DNA of 64,000 nucleotides from Schmidtea nova (Eukaryota), in contig CM097882.1 of assembly GCA_044892505.1 (NCBI GenBank), forward strand, positions 376,216,001 through 376,280,000, written 5' to 3'. The notes under the pieces are model-generated. The model was not told where the DNA came from. It did not search any database and saw nothing but the letters and a program-made list of their open reading frames with translations. This document shows, one piece after another, positions 1-12,635 of this stretch. Position numbers and translations under genes: made by a program. The stretch's first letter is position 1; every line of letters starts with the position of its first letter.

Positions 1-1399
1 ATATGCAATAACAATCCAATAATGTCAAAATTTGGAATTGGCCTAAAATGGCAATCTTTTCACCATTAAGTTCTTTAAATATGATTGTTAACCATCCATT
101 AATGTGGGTATTTTTCCCTCATTCAATTTTCATACAAAAAACTCGTTTGATTTTGAATTTTAATCCCATTTAATCCCGCGCATTTTATTTTAAATCCTCA
201 GTGTTAATTCAAATTTTTGTTTTCCTCTTTCACAATGACTAATTTAATTTATATTTAATTATTTAATTAGTCTGTATTTTGTATTTATACTTCCAAGAGA
301 CACTCTTTCAATTTGATGATATTTAATAAGCCTTTATATTTTCAATTGCCACCTGCTTCTAGTTTTTCCTCATTAAAATGTTAATATTAAGTCTTTATTT
401 TAATAAATAACTTTTTAATTAATTATTGATTGATTCGTAACACCTATTATGTGCTTTTTCATTTCCTCATTAATTTCCGATCAGTTTCCTATATAATATT
501 TGAAACGACCCCTGAAAAAATGATTTTCTTCTAATTTTCCTAATTATTTATAACTTGATTGAATTTGTGGTGATGCTGAGATCTTTTCATATAAAAAAAT
601 TATTAATTCATCTTTTATAATAATTTGATTTTCACCCAATCAAAAAGTAGTGTGCAATATATTTATGTTTCGCAAACAGTAAGCCGAAATACTTTTTGAT
701 AAGTCCAATATAATTTTGTCCCATTTTATCATTTAATCAAACAAGGCTAAAGTTTATTAAATTGATATGAAAATTAAATATAATTAATGGAAATATTTTG
801 ACAAATTAAACGTGATAAACTTGAATTCAATATAGATAATTTATAATTTATTTTATATTCGAAATAAAAAGACAGATTAAGTTTCAAAGAACTTGATTAG
901 GTTGTTATCGGCTTCATGATTTGGATAAATAATGGAAATGGCCCGAATTACGTTTATTGAGAATATCATCAAAATATTTAGAAAACTTAGAAATCATCAA
1001 ATCTTCCTATCTATGGCATTAAGTGATCTCTAATTTTATAAATTTATATAAACTGTGTTAGAAGACTTTGAAAACATGTTTATTTCAAAAGAACAATAAA
1101 TACATAGTAAATACCTTGAACAATATACACATTTGCATACAATATGTAATATCACACATTTGACACTCAGAATTAGATTGCGTAATATTCAGTCAACCCA
1201 GTTATGCATACATACCTATTATACACCTGTTTTCATAGTTTTAAGATATTTATGATACAAGTAGGTGTTTCCACCTACGTATTACTCATAGTTACTTTGT
1301 TTTATTATATAATTATTTTATTAGCCATTTTTTTTAAATGGATATCAGGTATGTTTATTTATCACAATATTTTTAAGGCTTCTTTTTTGATCTTACAAT

Positions 1400-2285
1400 T
1401 GTTGGGTTATTAGTGTTAAGTCGGTAGTTTCTGACTCCGGTGTTCTCTTTCAATTACAAAATAAACAAGACCCAACACAATAACTTTCTTTATTTGTCAA
1501 TTGATCACAACTCTTTTTATCACAAAAAGTTACGCCGGTTCTGCACTCTTCGCGTGAGGGTAGAACACCCAATGGAATATCTCCCTCTCTGACACGCAAT
1601 AGATTAAGTATAAACTCTTCTTTTGGTTTTCTTTCAATGTCTCCTTCAAATGTCTTCTAACGACTTGCTTCACGTTGCGCCTACTTTTATTCTTCAATCA
1701 GCTGGCCTCGAAACTTTGACTTTGACCAAATGGCCTCGAAAAATTAGCTTTGACCAAATAACGATATCGACAATTTGCTCTCCGTTTATATACTATTTTT
1801 TTGTTGTCATCCTGTCGGCTTAATTGGATCTGGAGAAAATGAGATAATTAAATTTGTTTGACCGCCGCCTAATTGAGTTTCGCCGCTAATGGTTTTTCGT
1901 CTCTTCCCGGGGCATTAAATTTATTTCGATAATTAAATAATTTTGTTGATGCCCCGGGTTTCCCACATCGCTCGGGTTTCCCATAAGCTCGGGTTTCCCA
2001 TTGGCTCGGGTTTTCCATTAGACGATTAATTATTTTTTAATTAATTTGTATTTTCTTAATTTATCTTTCTGGGGGGTCCTATTTCAATTTTATATACCCA
2101 TATTTGAATTCGTCTCATCATTTGGCATCTTCCCATACCAGTTTCCCCCGCTCAAACTTTATTTTAATTTTTTGTAAATTTTTAATTAATGTTTGAACAT
2201 TAATTATTATTTTTTTTCAATTTTTATATTTTTATTGATTTATGCAATTTTAAATTTATTTTCTGTGATTTTCACAACCCCAACA
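1400..2285 (-). repeat. 3' LTR of the gag-only element
   Basis: 886 bp, TGTTGGG...CCCCAACA; adjacent polypurine tract AAAGGGGTGAGGTA on the minus strand (2286-2299). Confidence 0.95.
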
Positions 2286-3285
2286 TACCTCACCCCTTTA
2301 AAGAAATTTCGTCCTCGAAATTGTTTTAATCGATTTAAACTACCGTATTAGCATCTTCCTTTGTGCTGTTGGATCCACAGAGTTATTTTCAAATATTTTG
2401 TATCACATTTTACTCACCAATTCTATTGTCATCACTAAAAATATAAATTGTCATTTTCAAAACATACATAAATATCATTTCTTTTTGAATTTCACGATTT
2501 GAAACGTTTACAAAATGAAATGCTTAAATAAATACTAAATTTAAACTATAATTACTAAAGAAATAATGATACATCGAAACCACTTTCAATTTATGTAGTT
2601 TTGTCTCAAATAATTGAAATTTTTGAAAATTTGAAGGTTTTGACCCTTCGTATTTTTTTATCCTAAACTTAGATGATACTAGTTCTTTAGTCAACTTTGT
2701 TCGTCTCATTTTTCTCTACAACATATCAAAAAATAAAATTTTTGGCCAAGGTTTTGACCCCTTGTATCTTCGAAACTTGGCAAGATACGACCCTAATTCT
2801 ATGGACAATTTTGTTCAGCTCATCATTCTCTACAAAATATCAAAAGTTTGTTGAGATAGTTTTTTTTACCCCTGTATCTTCAAAAAACTTCAAAATCGAT
2901 ACCATTGGAAACCCTTGAATTTAAAAGATAATTTGGCGGTTTTTTCGCAATCTGCTTTCCAAGTATATTTGGAGTATTGTATTAAAATTTGCTTCGGACA
3001 ATTTTTTTTATTTTGACCCTTCAAATGACTAAAACCTTTGTACCTTTGAAAAGTGCGGAGTACCAAAATTTTTGTTCACATAAAATATGTTCAGATTTAT
3101 ACTACCGATAACAAATTACTAATTTCCCCCATTTATCTTTTTTCTAATAACCATAAATAGTGAAAAACGTCAAATATTTAAATTTTAAAATTATTAAAAC
3201 CTTCTTAATGAAAGAATTAACTATTAGTACTTTTAAAAATTGATGCCTAATATTCAAGACTGTCTTAAGCCTTTACCTTTTGTTA

Positions 3286-4815
3286 TTAAATATATACATA
3301 TATACATACAGACTCACATTTAACGTTTAATTCTCCATCACATCCAATGTGGTTTCCACAATTCAAATATATAATGGCTATATAGGAGGTCATCGGAAGA
3401 AGAATATAATCTTTGATGCTTATGATTCTTTCCTCTATATCTTTATTTTCATAAAAGCTTAATCGTGCCCATATCAATTTTAGCACAACATAAATAATAT
3501 ATTGATTTTTAAATATGATATCATTTTTTACAGAAAGTCTTCTGGGCACTTTATATTCATATTCATCTTGGATCTTTGTAACTACATCTTCAATGTTATA
3601 AGTAATTTTGCTGTTTTTGGTCATTGGCACAACATAAATTTTAGATTTTAGCAAATTCAAAGAGGCAGCACATTCTGTAATAGTAATGAACTCACAGGGT
3701 ATAACTTTGTTGATAACTATGAATGAATGACCATTAAATGTTTCAAGATTAGGTATTATTGAAATAGATTGATTAAGATCTTCATCTAAACCTTCATCTT
3801 CCTTCACTAAAAAGAGTTGGCTAGTAACACAGCAATTACTAAAATAATAAAAATCTTCATTTATCTCATTATAACATATTTTATTCTCATCATTATTTTC
3901 AATTTCCGAAATACCTTGAACAACATATTCCAAAGAACTATCAACACCTTTAAATTCAACAACTGTATCCTCTAACCAAGACTCATTTTCAATCCTTTCA
4001 TAATTTAAATTACAATTATTAATTATTGATTTACTTTCTTGACCATAACGAAACTCATTACCTAAACAAGCATTTATTTCAATATTAAAAGGTTCTAAAG
4101 AACTTGAGTCATTAAAAGCATTTTTCTTACTGTCACACATTTTCATATTTGCACCATTACATTTAGATCTAAAATTACAATGTTTAATTTTTTGTTTAAA
4201 ACATCGATTATTATTATTTATGGATGTATTATAAGCAGCCATTTTTAATTCAACCTTTAAGGTTTTATGCATTAAGTCATATATGTCATCATAATCAATT
4301 ACACAAGATGCTTTTTTTAAATCATCATTAATACCCTCCAAAAACTGATCAATAATAAGATTTTGAACATTAACATCATAAACTGAAGTAGATCTAAATG
4401 CCTTTTTAGCTAAAGAAATTAAAGCATACCCAAAGTCAATAACTGATTCATCACATCTTTGTATTCTTTTATAAAAGTTACTCCTCATAATACTGTAAAC
4501 GTCTTTAGATACCAACTTATGTTCCAGAGCATCATTTAATTTCTTCCAATCATTTCCAATTCTCATTATATCAATCTGTTGCCATGCTTTTCTGGCAGCT
4601 CCTTTTAAATACAGTGGCAGTCTTTGTAGCATTATCTCTTGGCTCCATCCATAGGCTGTGGCGTATATATAATAGTCCTCCATAAAGTCAACAAACTCCA
4701 CCGGATCGCCTCCATATTGGTTTACTGGCAGCTTTTGGTAACTCGCATAGTCATTTCCATTTCCGGTATTGCTCGTGACCATAGGCGTATCATCATGACC
4801 GTTTGAATTGTTCAT
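3286..4815 (-). CDS. gag: Gag/capsid-like protein with a long uncharacterised Asn/Cys-rich C-terminal extension
   Basis: Open frame; first ATG at 4815 (the ORF track starts at a non-ATG codon at 4878). Ty3-type capsid pattern YGGDPVEFVDFMEDY...LPLYLKGAARKAW...WKKLNDALEHKL...Q..DESVIDF...DQFLEGI. No canonical CCHC knuckle, protease or RT. Confidence 0.8.
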   Translation of the reverse strand: MNNSNGHDDTPMVTSNTGNGNDYASYQKLPVNQYGGDPVEFVDFMEDYYIYATAYGWSQEIMLQRLPLYLKGAARKAWQQIDIMRIGNDWKKLNDALEHKLVSKDVYSIMRSNFYKRIQRCDESVIDFGYALISLAKKAFRSTSVYDVNVQNLIIDQFLEGINDDLKKASCVIDYDDIYDLMHKTLKVELKMAAYNTSINNNNRCFKQKIKHCNFRSKCNGANMKMCDSKKNAFNDSSSLEPFNIEINACLGNEFRYGQESKSIINNCNLNYERIENESWLEDTVVEFKGVDSSLEYVVQGISEIENNDENKICYNEINEDFYYFSNCCVTSQLFLVKEDEGLDEDLNQSISIIPNLETFNGHSFIVINKVIPCEFITITECAASLNLLKSKIYVVPMTKNSKITYNIEDVVTKIQDEYEYKVPRRLSVKNDIIFKNQYIIYVVLKLIWARLSFYENKDIEERIISIKDYILLPMTSYIAIIYLNCGNHIGCDGELNVKCESVCIYVYI

Positions 4816-5095
4816 TTGGTTTACTGCTAGTTTATGACTTCTTAATTTGTAAAATGGTTGGTTTGGTACAACTTTCACTCTTCTAAATTTTAATATATCA
4901 ATTATAAATTTTACCTTTTATTTTAATTTTCAACAGTATAAATCTTTCCACAATTATCAACAAACTTTTATCGATCCTTGATTCGATTTACTGACTTTTT
5001 TAATCAATTTCACAATTTCAAAACTTTTTCGCAACTTTTAATTTCTTTTTGTCAATAAATATCCAATTTCTTTTTGCAACGCTTCACCGACTTTG

Positions 5096-5113
5096 ATCAC
5101 GTCGGGCTCACCA
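5096..5113 (-). promoter_or_regulatory. Primer-binding site complementary to the tRNA-Trp 3' end
   Basis: The plus strand reads ATCACGTCGGGCTCACCA, 17/18 identical to the conserved metazoan tRNA-Trp 3' end (ATCACGTCGGGGTCACCA), 4 nt from the 5' LTR. Confidence 0.88.
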
Positions 5114-5117
5114 AATA

Positions 5118-6002
5118 TGTTGGGTTATTAGTGTTAAGTCGGTAGTTTCTGACTCCGGTGTTCTCTTTCAATTACAAAATAAACAAGACCCAACACAATA
5201 ACTTTCTTTATTTGTCAATTGATCACAACTCTTTTTATCACAAAAAGTTACGCCGGTTCTGCACTCTTCGCGTGAGGGTAGAACACCCAATGGAATATCT
5301 CCCTCTCTGACACGCAATAGATTAAGTATAAACTCTACTTTTGGTTTTCTTTCAATGTCTCCTTCAAATGTCTTCTAACGACTTGCTTCACGTTGCGCCT
5401 ACTTTTATTCTTCAATCAGCTGGCCTCGAAACTTTGACTTTGACCAAATGGCCTCGAAAAATTAGCTTTGACCAAATGGCGATATCGACAATTTGCTCTC
5501 CGTTTATATACTATTTTTTTGTTGTCATCCTGTCGGCTTAATTGGATCTGGAGAAAATGAGATAATTAAATTTGTTTGACCGCCGCCTAATTGAGTTTCG
5601 CCGCTAATGGTTTTTCGTCTCTTCCCGGGGCATTAAATTTATTTCGATAATTAAATAATTTTGTTGATGCCCCGGGTTTCCCACATCGCTCGGGTTTCCC
5701 ATAAGCTCGGGTTTCCCATTGGCTCGGGTTTTCCATTAGACGATTAATTATTTTTTAATTAATTTGTATTTTCTTAATTTATCTTTCTGGGGGGTCCTAT
5801 TTCAATTTTATATACCCATATTTGAATTCGTCTCATCATTTGGCATCTTCCCATACCAGTTTCCCCCGCTCAAACTTTATTTTAATTTTTTGTAAATTTT
5901 TAATTAATGTTTGAACATTAATTATTATTTTTTTCAATTTTTATATTTTTATTGATTTATGCAATTTTAAATTTATTTTCTGTGATTTTCACAACCCCAA
6001 GA
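5118..6002 (-). repeat. 5' LTR of the gag-only element
   Basis: 885 bp, about 99.4% identical to 1400-2285 by manual comparison. Confidence 0.95.
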
Positions 6003-6490
6003 CAATGATATAAGATCACTATAGAAGCTTTGAAAGTTTATCTATATTATATAATATGATTTTGATTTTGATTTTATTTATCTTGTAGAAAAATATGATT
6101 TTTATGAAGTTATTTTGAAATATTTTACATTAAACGTAAGTAAAAATATTTTTTAACCATTTTTTATAAATGAAATAAATCAGTCTCCGAATATTTACAT
6201 TATTTTTTTTTAATTTTGATTTTTTAATTTTTAATACTTTCTAGGAAATCATGATTTTTTAACATTGTTAATAATTAAAGATTTGTTGTTGATAAATTAT
6301 ATTCAAATAAAAACTGCTTCCGTAATAATTTTGTCTTATTCGAACAGATTTAAAATGGCAAATTAATCAATTAAATAATAACGACAATTATGCGTGCCAG
6401 CATTTATACTTATAATAATTTGACTATATAATAAAATTGATTACTTATAATACAATATATGTTATTTATAAATTAGTTAATTAAATATCC

Positions 6491-9400
6491 CTAACATCTC
6501 CCCTGTTTAAAAGGTTTTAGCCATTCAACGTTGCGGACCATCATTTTTCCATCTCTGTCTCGTAATTCATAGCTATTCTCATGTATCTTTCTAACAACCG
6601 TAAAAGGTCCGATATATCGGTCTTCCTCTTTTTTTCTCACATCTAGTTTAACCAAAACTTCTTCATTTATATCGAATTCTCGGTGTGTCCGGTTCTCATT
6701 TTTATAACATAAATTTCTTTGTTTTGATTGTATTTCGTCCACTATTTAACTTCTATTGTTGTATCTTCTATTATTATTGTTCCATTCTCTAGATATCCGG
6801 AAACCAAATACTGCTTCTGAGGGGCTCTTTCCAATTGTGCTTTGAATAGTTGCATTTAAAGTAAATTCGATTTCAGGTAATACTTCAACCCAATTCCTCT
6901 TAAGTTTGTCTTTTAATGACGTACTGATAAAATCACGTTTTGTTCGAAATTGTCTTTCAATCAAACCATTAGTATTATGATGATAAGGGCTCGAAAATTG
7001 TAGCTGTATATTATGATTCTTTGTCAACTCTTTTATCAAGTTAGACTCAAATGTTTTGTCACAATAAACTTGAATAATTCTAGGTGCCCCATATTTTAAT
7101 ATCTAGAATTTCACAATAGTACCCGGTGTAGTTTTTTCATCTTGTTTTGCAACTGCTGTTAACGAAATGTATCGACTACACATGTCAATAATTCCCAAAA
7201 TATATTTTTTCCATGAATGTTCGTCTGTAAAGGTCCACAAATATCTATCGCTATAACTTCAAAAGGTTCCACAACTTCTGTTTTTACAAATATTTCTTTT
7301 GTTTTTGTTGTCAAAGTTTTTCTTTTCTGGCATATTTCACAACTTTGTATATATTGAGTCGCGATTGTATTTAATTCTTCGATATCGTAATTAACTTTAA
7401 TATAATCGATTACCTTCTTACACCCAGCGTGACACAACATTTTGTGCATGCTTTTCACAAATTCAATTATATTTTCTTTTGGTATCCAAATTTTATTTTC
7501 TCTTGTTAAAATGAAATCTTCGTCGATTTTAAATCTTGTAGTCTCATTTTTATTAATTGTTTTTCTCATAAGTTCTATCTCTTCATTACCTTTTGCCATT
7601 GAAATCCTTGTTTAGTAGCTGTCATTGCCAACAATCTGGTTTTTACTTTTTCTGTTTTTGGATCTTCATGAATTTCCATACACTGAGTACATCTCCCACA
7701 TTTATCTCTCGATAACGCATTAGCGTTCGAATGGTCCGTTCCTTTTCGATATTTAATATCCATATCTAAACTACTCAAGAAGTTTATCCAAGTCTGAAAT
7801 TGTGCTGTTATAGGTTTTTTAGTTGTCATCATAAATGTTATAGCTTTGTGGTCCGTTCTTAGCTGGAATCGCTTTCCGTAAAGATAATTCTTAAAATGCT
7901 GTGCAAAGTAATAAATTGCTAGAAGTTCCTTTCTCGTGATACAGTATCCTATTTCATGTTTACTCATCGTATGTGAACCATAGGCAATAACACGTTCATT
8001 ACCTAAGTCATCAATTTGTGACAGTACAGCCCCTATGATGTCGAAACTAGCATCTGTATTCAGAATAAATTCTTTCTTATAATCAGGATATATTAGAACA
8101 GGTGTAGTTGCTAATGCTTTCTTCAATTCCTCAAAACTTTCTTCAAATTCTTGTGACCAAACTAATTTGTCTTTATTGTTTCCACACATCGATTCTAATA
8201 TTCGTGCAATTTTTTAATAATTCTTTATAAATCTTCTGTAATAATTACATAGTCCTAAGAAACTCCTTAATTGTTTTAAACATTTTGGTCTTTGAAACCC
8301 TTTTATTGCTTCGATTTTAGCTTCATCAACTTTAACACCTTCACCATTTATAATGTGACCAAGAAATTTAGTCTCCTTCACCAAAAATTTACATTTTTAA
8401 ACCTGCTTCTTTTATTCTTTCTAATACTTCATTTATTTTTGTTATATGATCTTCTTTGTCTTTTGAGAATATTAAAATGTCATCTAAATATACTATCGCA
8501 ATTTTCCATAATAATTTTCCTAAAACCATATTCATTAATTTTTGGAACGTAGCTGGAGCCGCCGCAATTCCGAAAGGCATCCTATTAAAACAATACTGTC
8601 CCTATCTTGTTGAGAACGCTGTCTTTACTTGCGAATTTATTGTCAATTCAACCTGATAATACGCGCTTCCTAGATCAATGGTGCTAAAGTACATTGATCC
8701 GTTTAATGAATCTAACATCTGTTCGATATTAGACATTGGGAAAATTTGCCTTTCCGTCATTTTATTTAGACTTCTAAAATCTAAACACAATCGAATATCA
8801 TTTTTTTCCTTCTTCCAGACACATACTAACGGCGTATTCCACGGTGAGTCACACTTCCTATTATGCTGTTTTCTTCCAAATTTTTAATAGCTTCTTCAAT
8901 ATTTTCTTCTAAGTGGGCTGGTTGTCTTCTTGGGTTCAAATGGATTGGTCCCTCAACAGTCTTGATGTCATGCTTTAATAGATTGGTTTTGCCGATATCC
9001 CACTTATCTATCATAAATACTTCGGCATTTCTTTTAATTACTCCATAAAGCTTATTGTCACAACTTGATCCTATTAATTCGATTGTTCTTTTAAATCGAA
9101 GTTCATCGCTCGTTCTTTTTCCAAATTTGGCTTCAATGTTACATATTTCTATATTATCATTATATTTGGTTGCAAATTTGCTCTTATTTTCTGTAACTTT
9201 CACTAATTTTATGTCAAATCTACGTAATAAATCGATTCCTCCTATTATCGATGGAGATACATTTTTAACTACTAAAAAAACAATATTTTCTTCTCTATTT
9301 CCTATATTTATTTTAACTTTGATCCTTCCCAAAGTTTTTAATGGACTACCATTTGCGCACCAAATTTTGTCACCCTGTTCATTTAAAATCGGATTTCCTA

Positions 9401-10190
9401 TCTCTTTTATAATCGAACTATCCATCACATTCATTCTTGCCTCTGTATCCAACAAACAATTCTTAAAATAATTATTTATGCCTATTAATACACTTGGACG
9501 TCCACCCATTTTATCATAAACAATATTATACTGATCCTTCTTAGAATATGTTTCATTTCTATTTTGTATTTTACAATCACGTGTATCAAATTTTCTATCT
9601 TTCTCATTATGTGCATAAAACATATTTTTTTCTTTCTTTAAAAATTTAACGTCATCTATCGATAAAATTTGGGTACAATTATTTCCGCATACTTTTTTAT
9701 TATCGTCATCAATATTAAAATGATTGTCATTCCGCACATTTAAAATAATTGCATCATCAATATCCGTAAATTTCTTTTTTATTGACTTTTTATTTTTAAA
9801 ATTTTTTATTACATCACAATGATTCACTTTTTTAAAATTTGTTTTCAGCTCATTATTTTTTTCAACTATATCGATGATTCCCACAGCTTTACTATCAACG
9901 TTATTTACAATTTCATTATTCTCATCCAAAATTTTATTATTTACTTTATTTAAATTATCTACTAAAGGACTTAAACTATTCACGTTAATATTACTATTCT
10001 TTATATTATTTAAATTATTTACAAAAGGAATTATACTATTAATTTTATTATTAATACTATTTACATATTTATATCTACTTATACATTTATACTGGCATAC
10101 ACAATCATCATTATTACCCATTAATTCATTGCTCCGATCATCTCGCCCAAAGATGGAGCTTCTCCGTTTGGGTAGTCTTCGTCTTGGCAT
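6491..10190 (-). pseudogene. pol: pol (protease, RT, RNase H, integrase), broken by several frameshifts and stops
   Basis: PR LLDTEARMNVM (DTGA altered to DTEA) ...IIGGIDLL; RT RMCLDFRSLN, STIDLGSAYYQV, MPFGIAAAPATFQ, IVYLDDILIFS; RH LNTDASFDIIGAVL...ELLAI...RTDHKA; IN HKMLCHAG..CEIC, IAIDICGPL, SSPYHHNTNGLIER; GPF C-terminal motif (YIGPFTV). Confidence 0.95.
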
Positions 10191-11243
10191 GAGTTATTTT
10201 CATAATTTTCGGTTCGATTGGTCTGAAAAGCGGCTACATGTGTTAGTCTCTGTGGTCCACGCTCGTCTGCATATCTTCTTCTGTCTGTCTGGTTCCAGCA
10301 TTGAAATCGCAAATGGCCTCTTCTACCGCATCCTGAGCAAGATATTGATGGACATTCTCTTCTATTATGTCCGATATCTTTACACACGAAACATCTCATC
10401 TCTGCCTTCGATGTTCTCTGATTGCACTCTCTGGATTTGTGCCCTTCTTTTCCACATTGGAAGCATTTCTGAATCCTTGGTTTCCGACATTCTCGACTCA
10501 TATGACCCACTTCCTGGCAATTCCAACATGTAATAACTGGTCTTTTTCTAGCAGGCATTTCTATTTGTTGGAAGTTATTCTGGTTGTTATCTGCTTTCGT
10601 CATCGATCTAGAATCATATCTTTGTTCAAGCCTTTGTGTATTTGTATAAGTTCGGCTTTGGTTCTGTCTATCGGCAAATCCCTGTCTTGCTTTGACAATA
10701 TTCGCAAATGTTTCTTTCCTTCTATTTAGAACAGAAATTCCCGACACTTCAATATTTATATCATAGACCTTCTTTATCACTCCTTTTATTTCTTCGACGC
10801 TTATCGCATCTCTTATCTTTATTTCTTTCTGTGTATCTTTGTCTTTGATACGATGGACCAAAAAATATGACATCAATTCTTTCTTGTCCCATTTGTGTTT
10901 AAGAACTTGGTCAACCATCTTTTCTATTTTTTCAAAATATACTGGGGCAGTATTCTCATTTTTTTCATAATTGCATAGGGTTAAAAAAATCCCCTATCAA
11001 CGTCGTTGGTTTCTTGAAAGCTTTTTTCAATCTGTCTTCAAAGCAAGTTTCATTTTCTTCTATTGCTTCATACATTGGTAACAATTCTCTTGCGATCTAG
11101 CATTTGATCATTATATTTTGGCTGGACTGTTCTAGTCCACATAATTGGAAATATCTCTTGCATTTTCCAATAAATATTTCTACATCGACGCTGCCGTCGT
11201 AAATATCTGGGATCATTTTATTGATCATTGTCAGAGTCGCCAT
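10121..11243 (-). pseudogene. gag: gag with four CCHC zinc knuckles
   Basis: Starts ATG GCG ACT at 11243. One premature TAG (~11097) and a homopolymer frameshift (~10985). Knuckles CWNCQEVGHMSREC, CFQCGKEGHKSREC, CFVCKDIGHNRREC, CSGCGRRGHLRFQC. Confidence 0.92.
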
Positions 11244-12635
11244 GTTAATAATTAAAGATTTGTTGTTGATAAATTATATTCAAATAAAAACTGTTTCCGT
11301 AATAATTTTGTCTTATTCGAACAGATTTAAAATGGCGAATTAATCAATTAAATAATAACGACAATTATGCGTGCCAGCATTTATACTTATAATAATTTGA
11401 CTATATAATAAAATCGATTACTTATAATACAATATATGTTATTTATAAATTAGTTAATTAAATATCCCTAACAAACATGTTTTGGGAATTCTTTACATTA
11501 AACGTAAGTTAAAAAATCATTTTTAACTAAGATTTATTATAATAATTATTATTAAATAAAAATTTTCTATTTGTTTCTGTAATATTTTTTTGGATATTAC
11601 AAGAAATAATTTAATTAAGTTTAATTTTTTATTTCAAGCATTGTCAAATTATATTTTGTCCTGCATTATCTGAGATTTCAAAATGATCAAAATTGTGGTG
11701 TAAATATGTTTAATTGTCTATAATTTGAAAATAATTAGACGGGATTATTTTTTTGGAATCTAGAAACGGAAAGATTTTGCAAATTAATTTTCGGAAATAA
11801 ATTAAATTTTATATTAAAATTTTGCAAAATTAAACTTACGATGTTATTTATTCATTTTCTCGACAACTCTTCTGGGAAATATTCCTTTAAAAGTTTGCAT
11901 GTTGTTATTGTGCCTATAATTAATTTTTTCTTACACATTGTCAATCACATAATAAATCTTTTAAACTACGTAAAATCAAATTTTAACATCAACGTAAGTT
12001 TTCATTTGCAATTGGAATTTTTCACTTATATTATTATAGAAACTTTTAATATACGAAAATAGGTGTACAATTATCAATAGGCATGATTTCATAGTCATCC
12101 GACATTTTATTTCCAAAATATGTACTTTTTAAGGATCAAACCTTTCCTTTCTAAAGTTAAAAAATTTTTAATTTATATCTCGAAACGTATGAGTGCTCCT
12201 AAATATATTTTAAATATTTTTTAAATTGATATTAAACTTTATCTTTTTTTAATATCAAGTTATTGATAATTAGTTTCTTCATATTCTTCAGTAATTTAAG
12301 AGAGTAAAAACAATTTTTAAAGAAAAAATAAATATTTAAATTACTATTTAAATTAATTTTTTTAGATTGTTAAAAGAAATTGTAGAGATTTATTAATTTC
12401 TTTATTTTCATATTAATTTTCATAACATTATAGTTCAAAGCGAATTTTTTATTGAGTACACCACATTTCGGCACAGCCTTTATCAAGTGTGTATAATCTT
12501 ACAAAAATTAATATGAAAATCGTTGAATTTAAAAAAGATAAAAGGTGAAAACAAAAGATGATGAAATTATTTAATTTTTAAATAAATTGATTAATCTATA
12601 AATCAGCGAATATATTAAAAGAAAAGTATACTTAA

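Larger units (their letters stand above)
1400..6002 (-). mobile_element. Non-autonomous (gag-only) Ty3/Gypsy-type LTR retroelement, 4.6 kb, recent insertion
   Basis: Two LTRs (1400-2285, 5118-6002) with about 5 differences in 886 bp; termini TGTTGG...CCAACA (right copy ends CCAAGA); 4-bp TSD CAAT (1396-1399 / 6003-6006); PBS at 5096-5113; PPT at 2286-2299; one gag-like ORF and no pol. Confidence 0.93.
6266..11473 (-). mobile_element. Full-length Ty3/Gypsy LTR retrotransposon, 5.2 kb, ORFs disrupted
   Basis: 231-bp LTRs (6266-6496, 11243-11473) with 3 substitutions; TGTTA...TAACA termini; 5-bp TSD AACAT (6261-6265 / 11474-11478); PPT at 6497-6508; PBS-like TGGCGAC abutting the 5' LTR; domain order gag-PR-RT-RH-IN. 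Confidence 0.96.
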
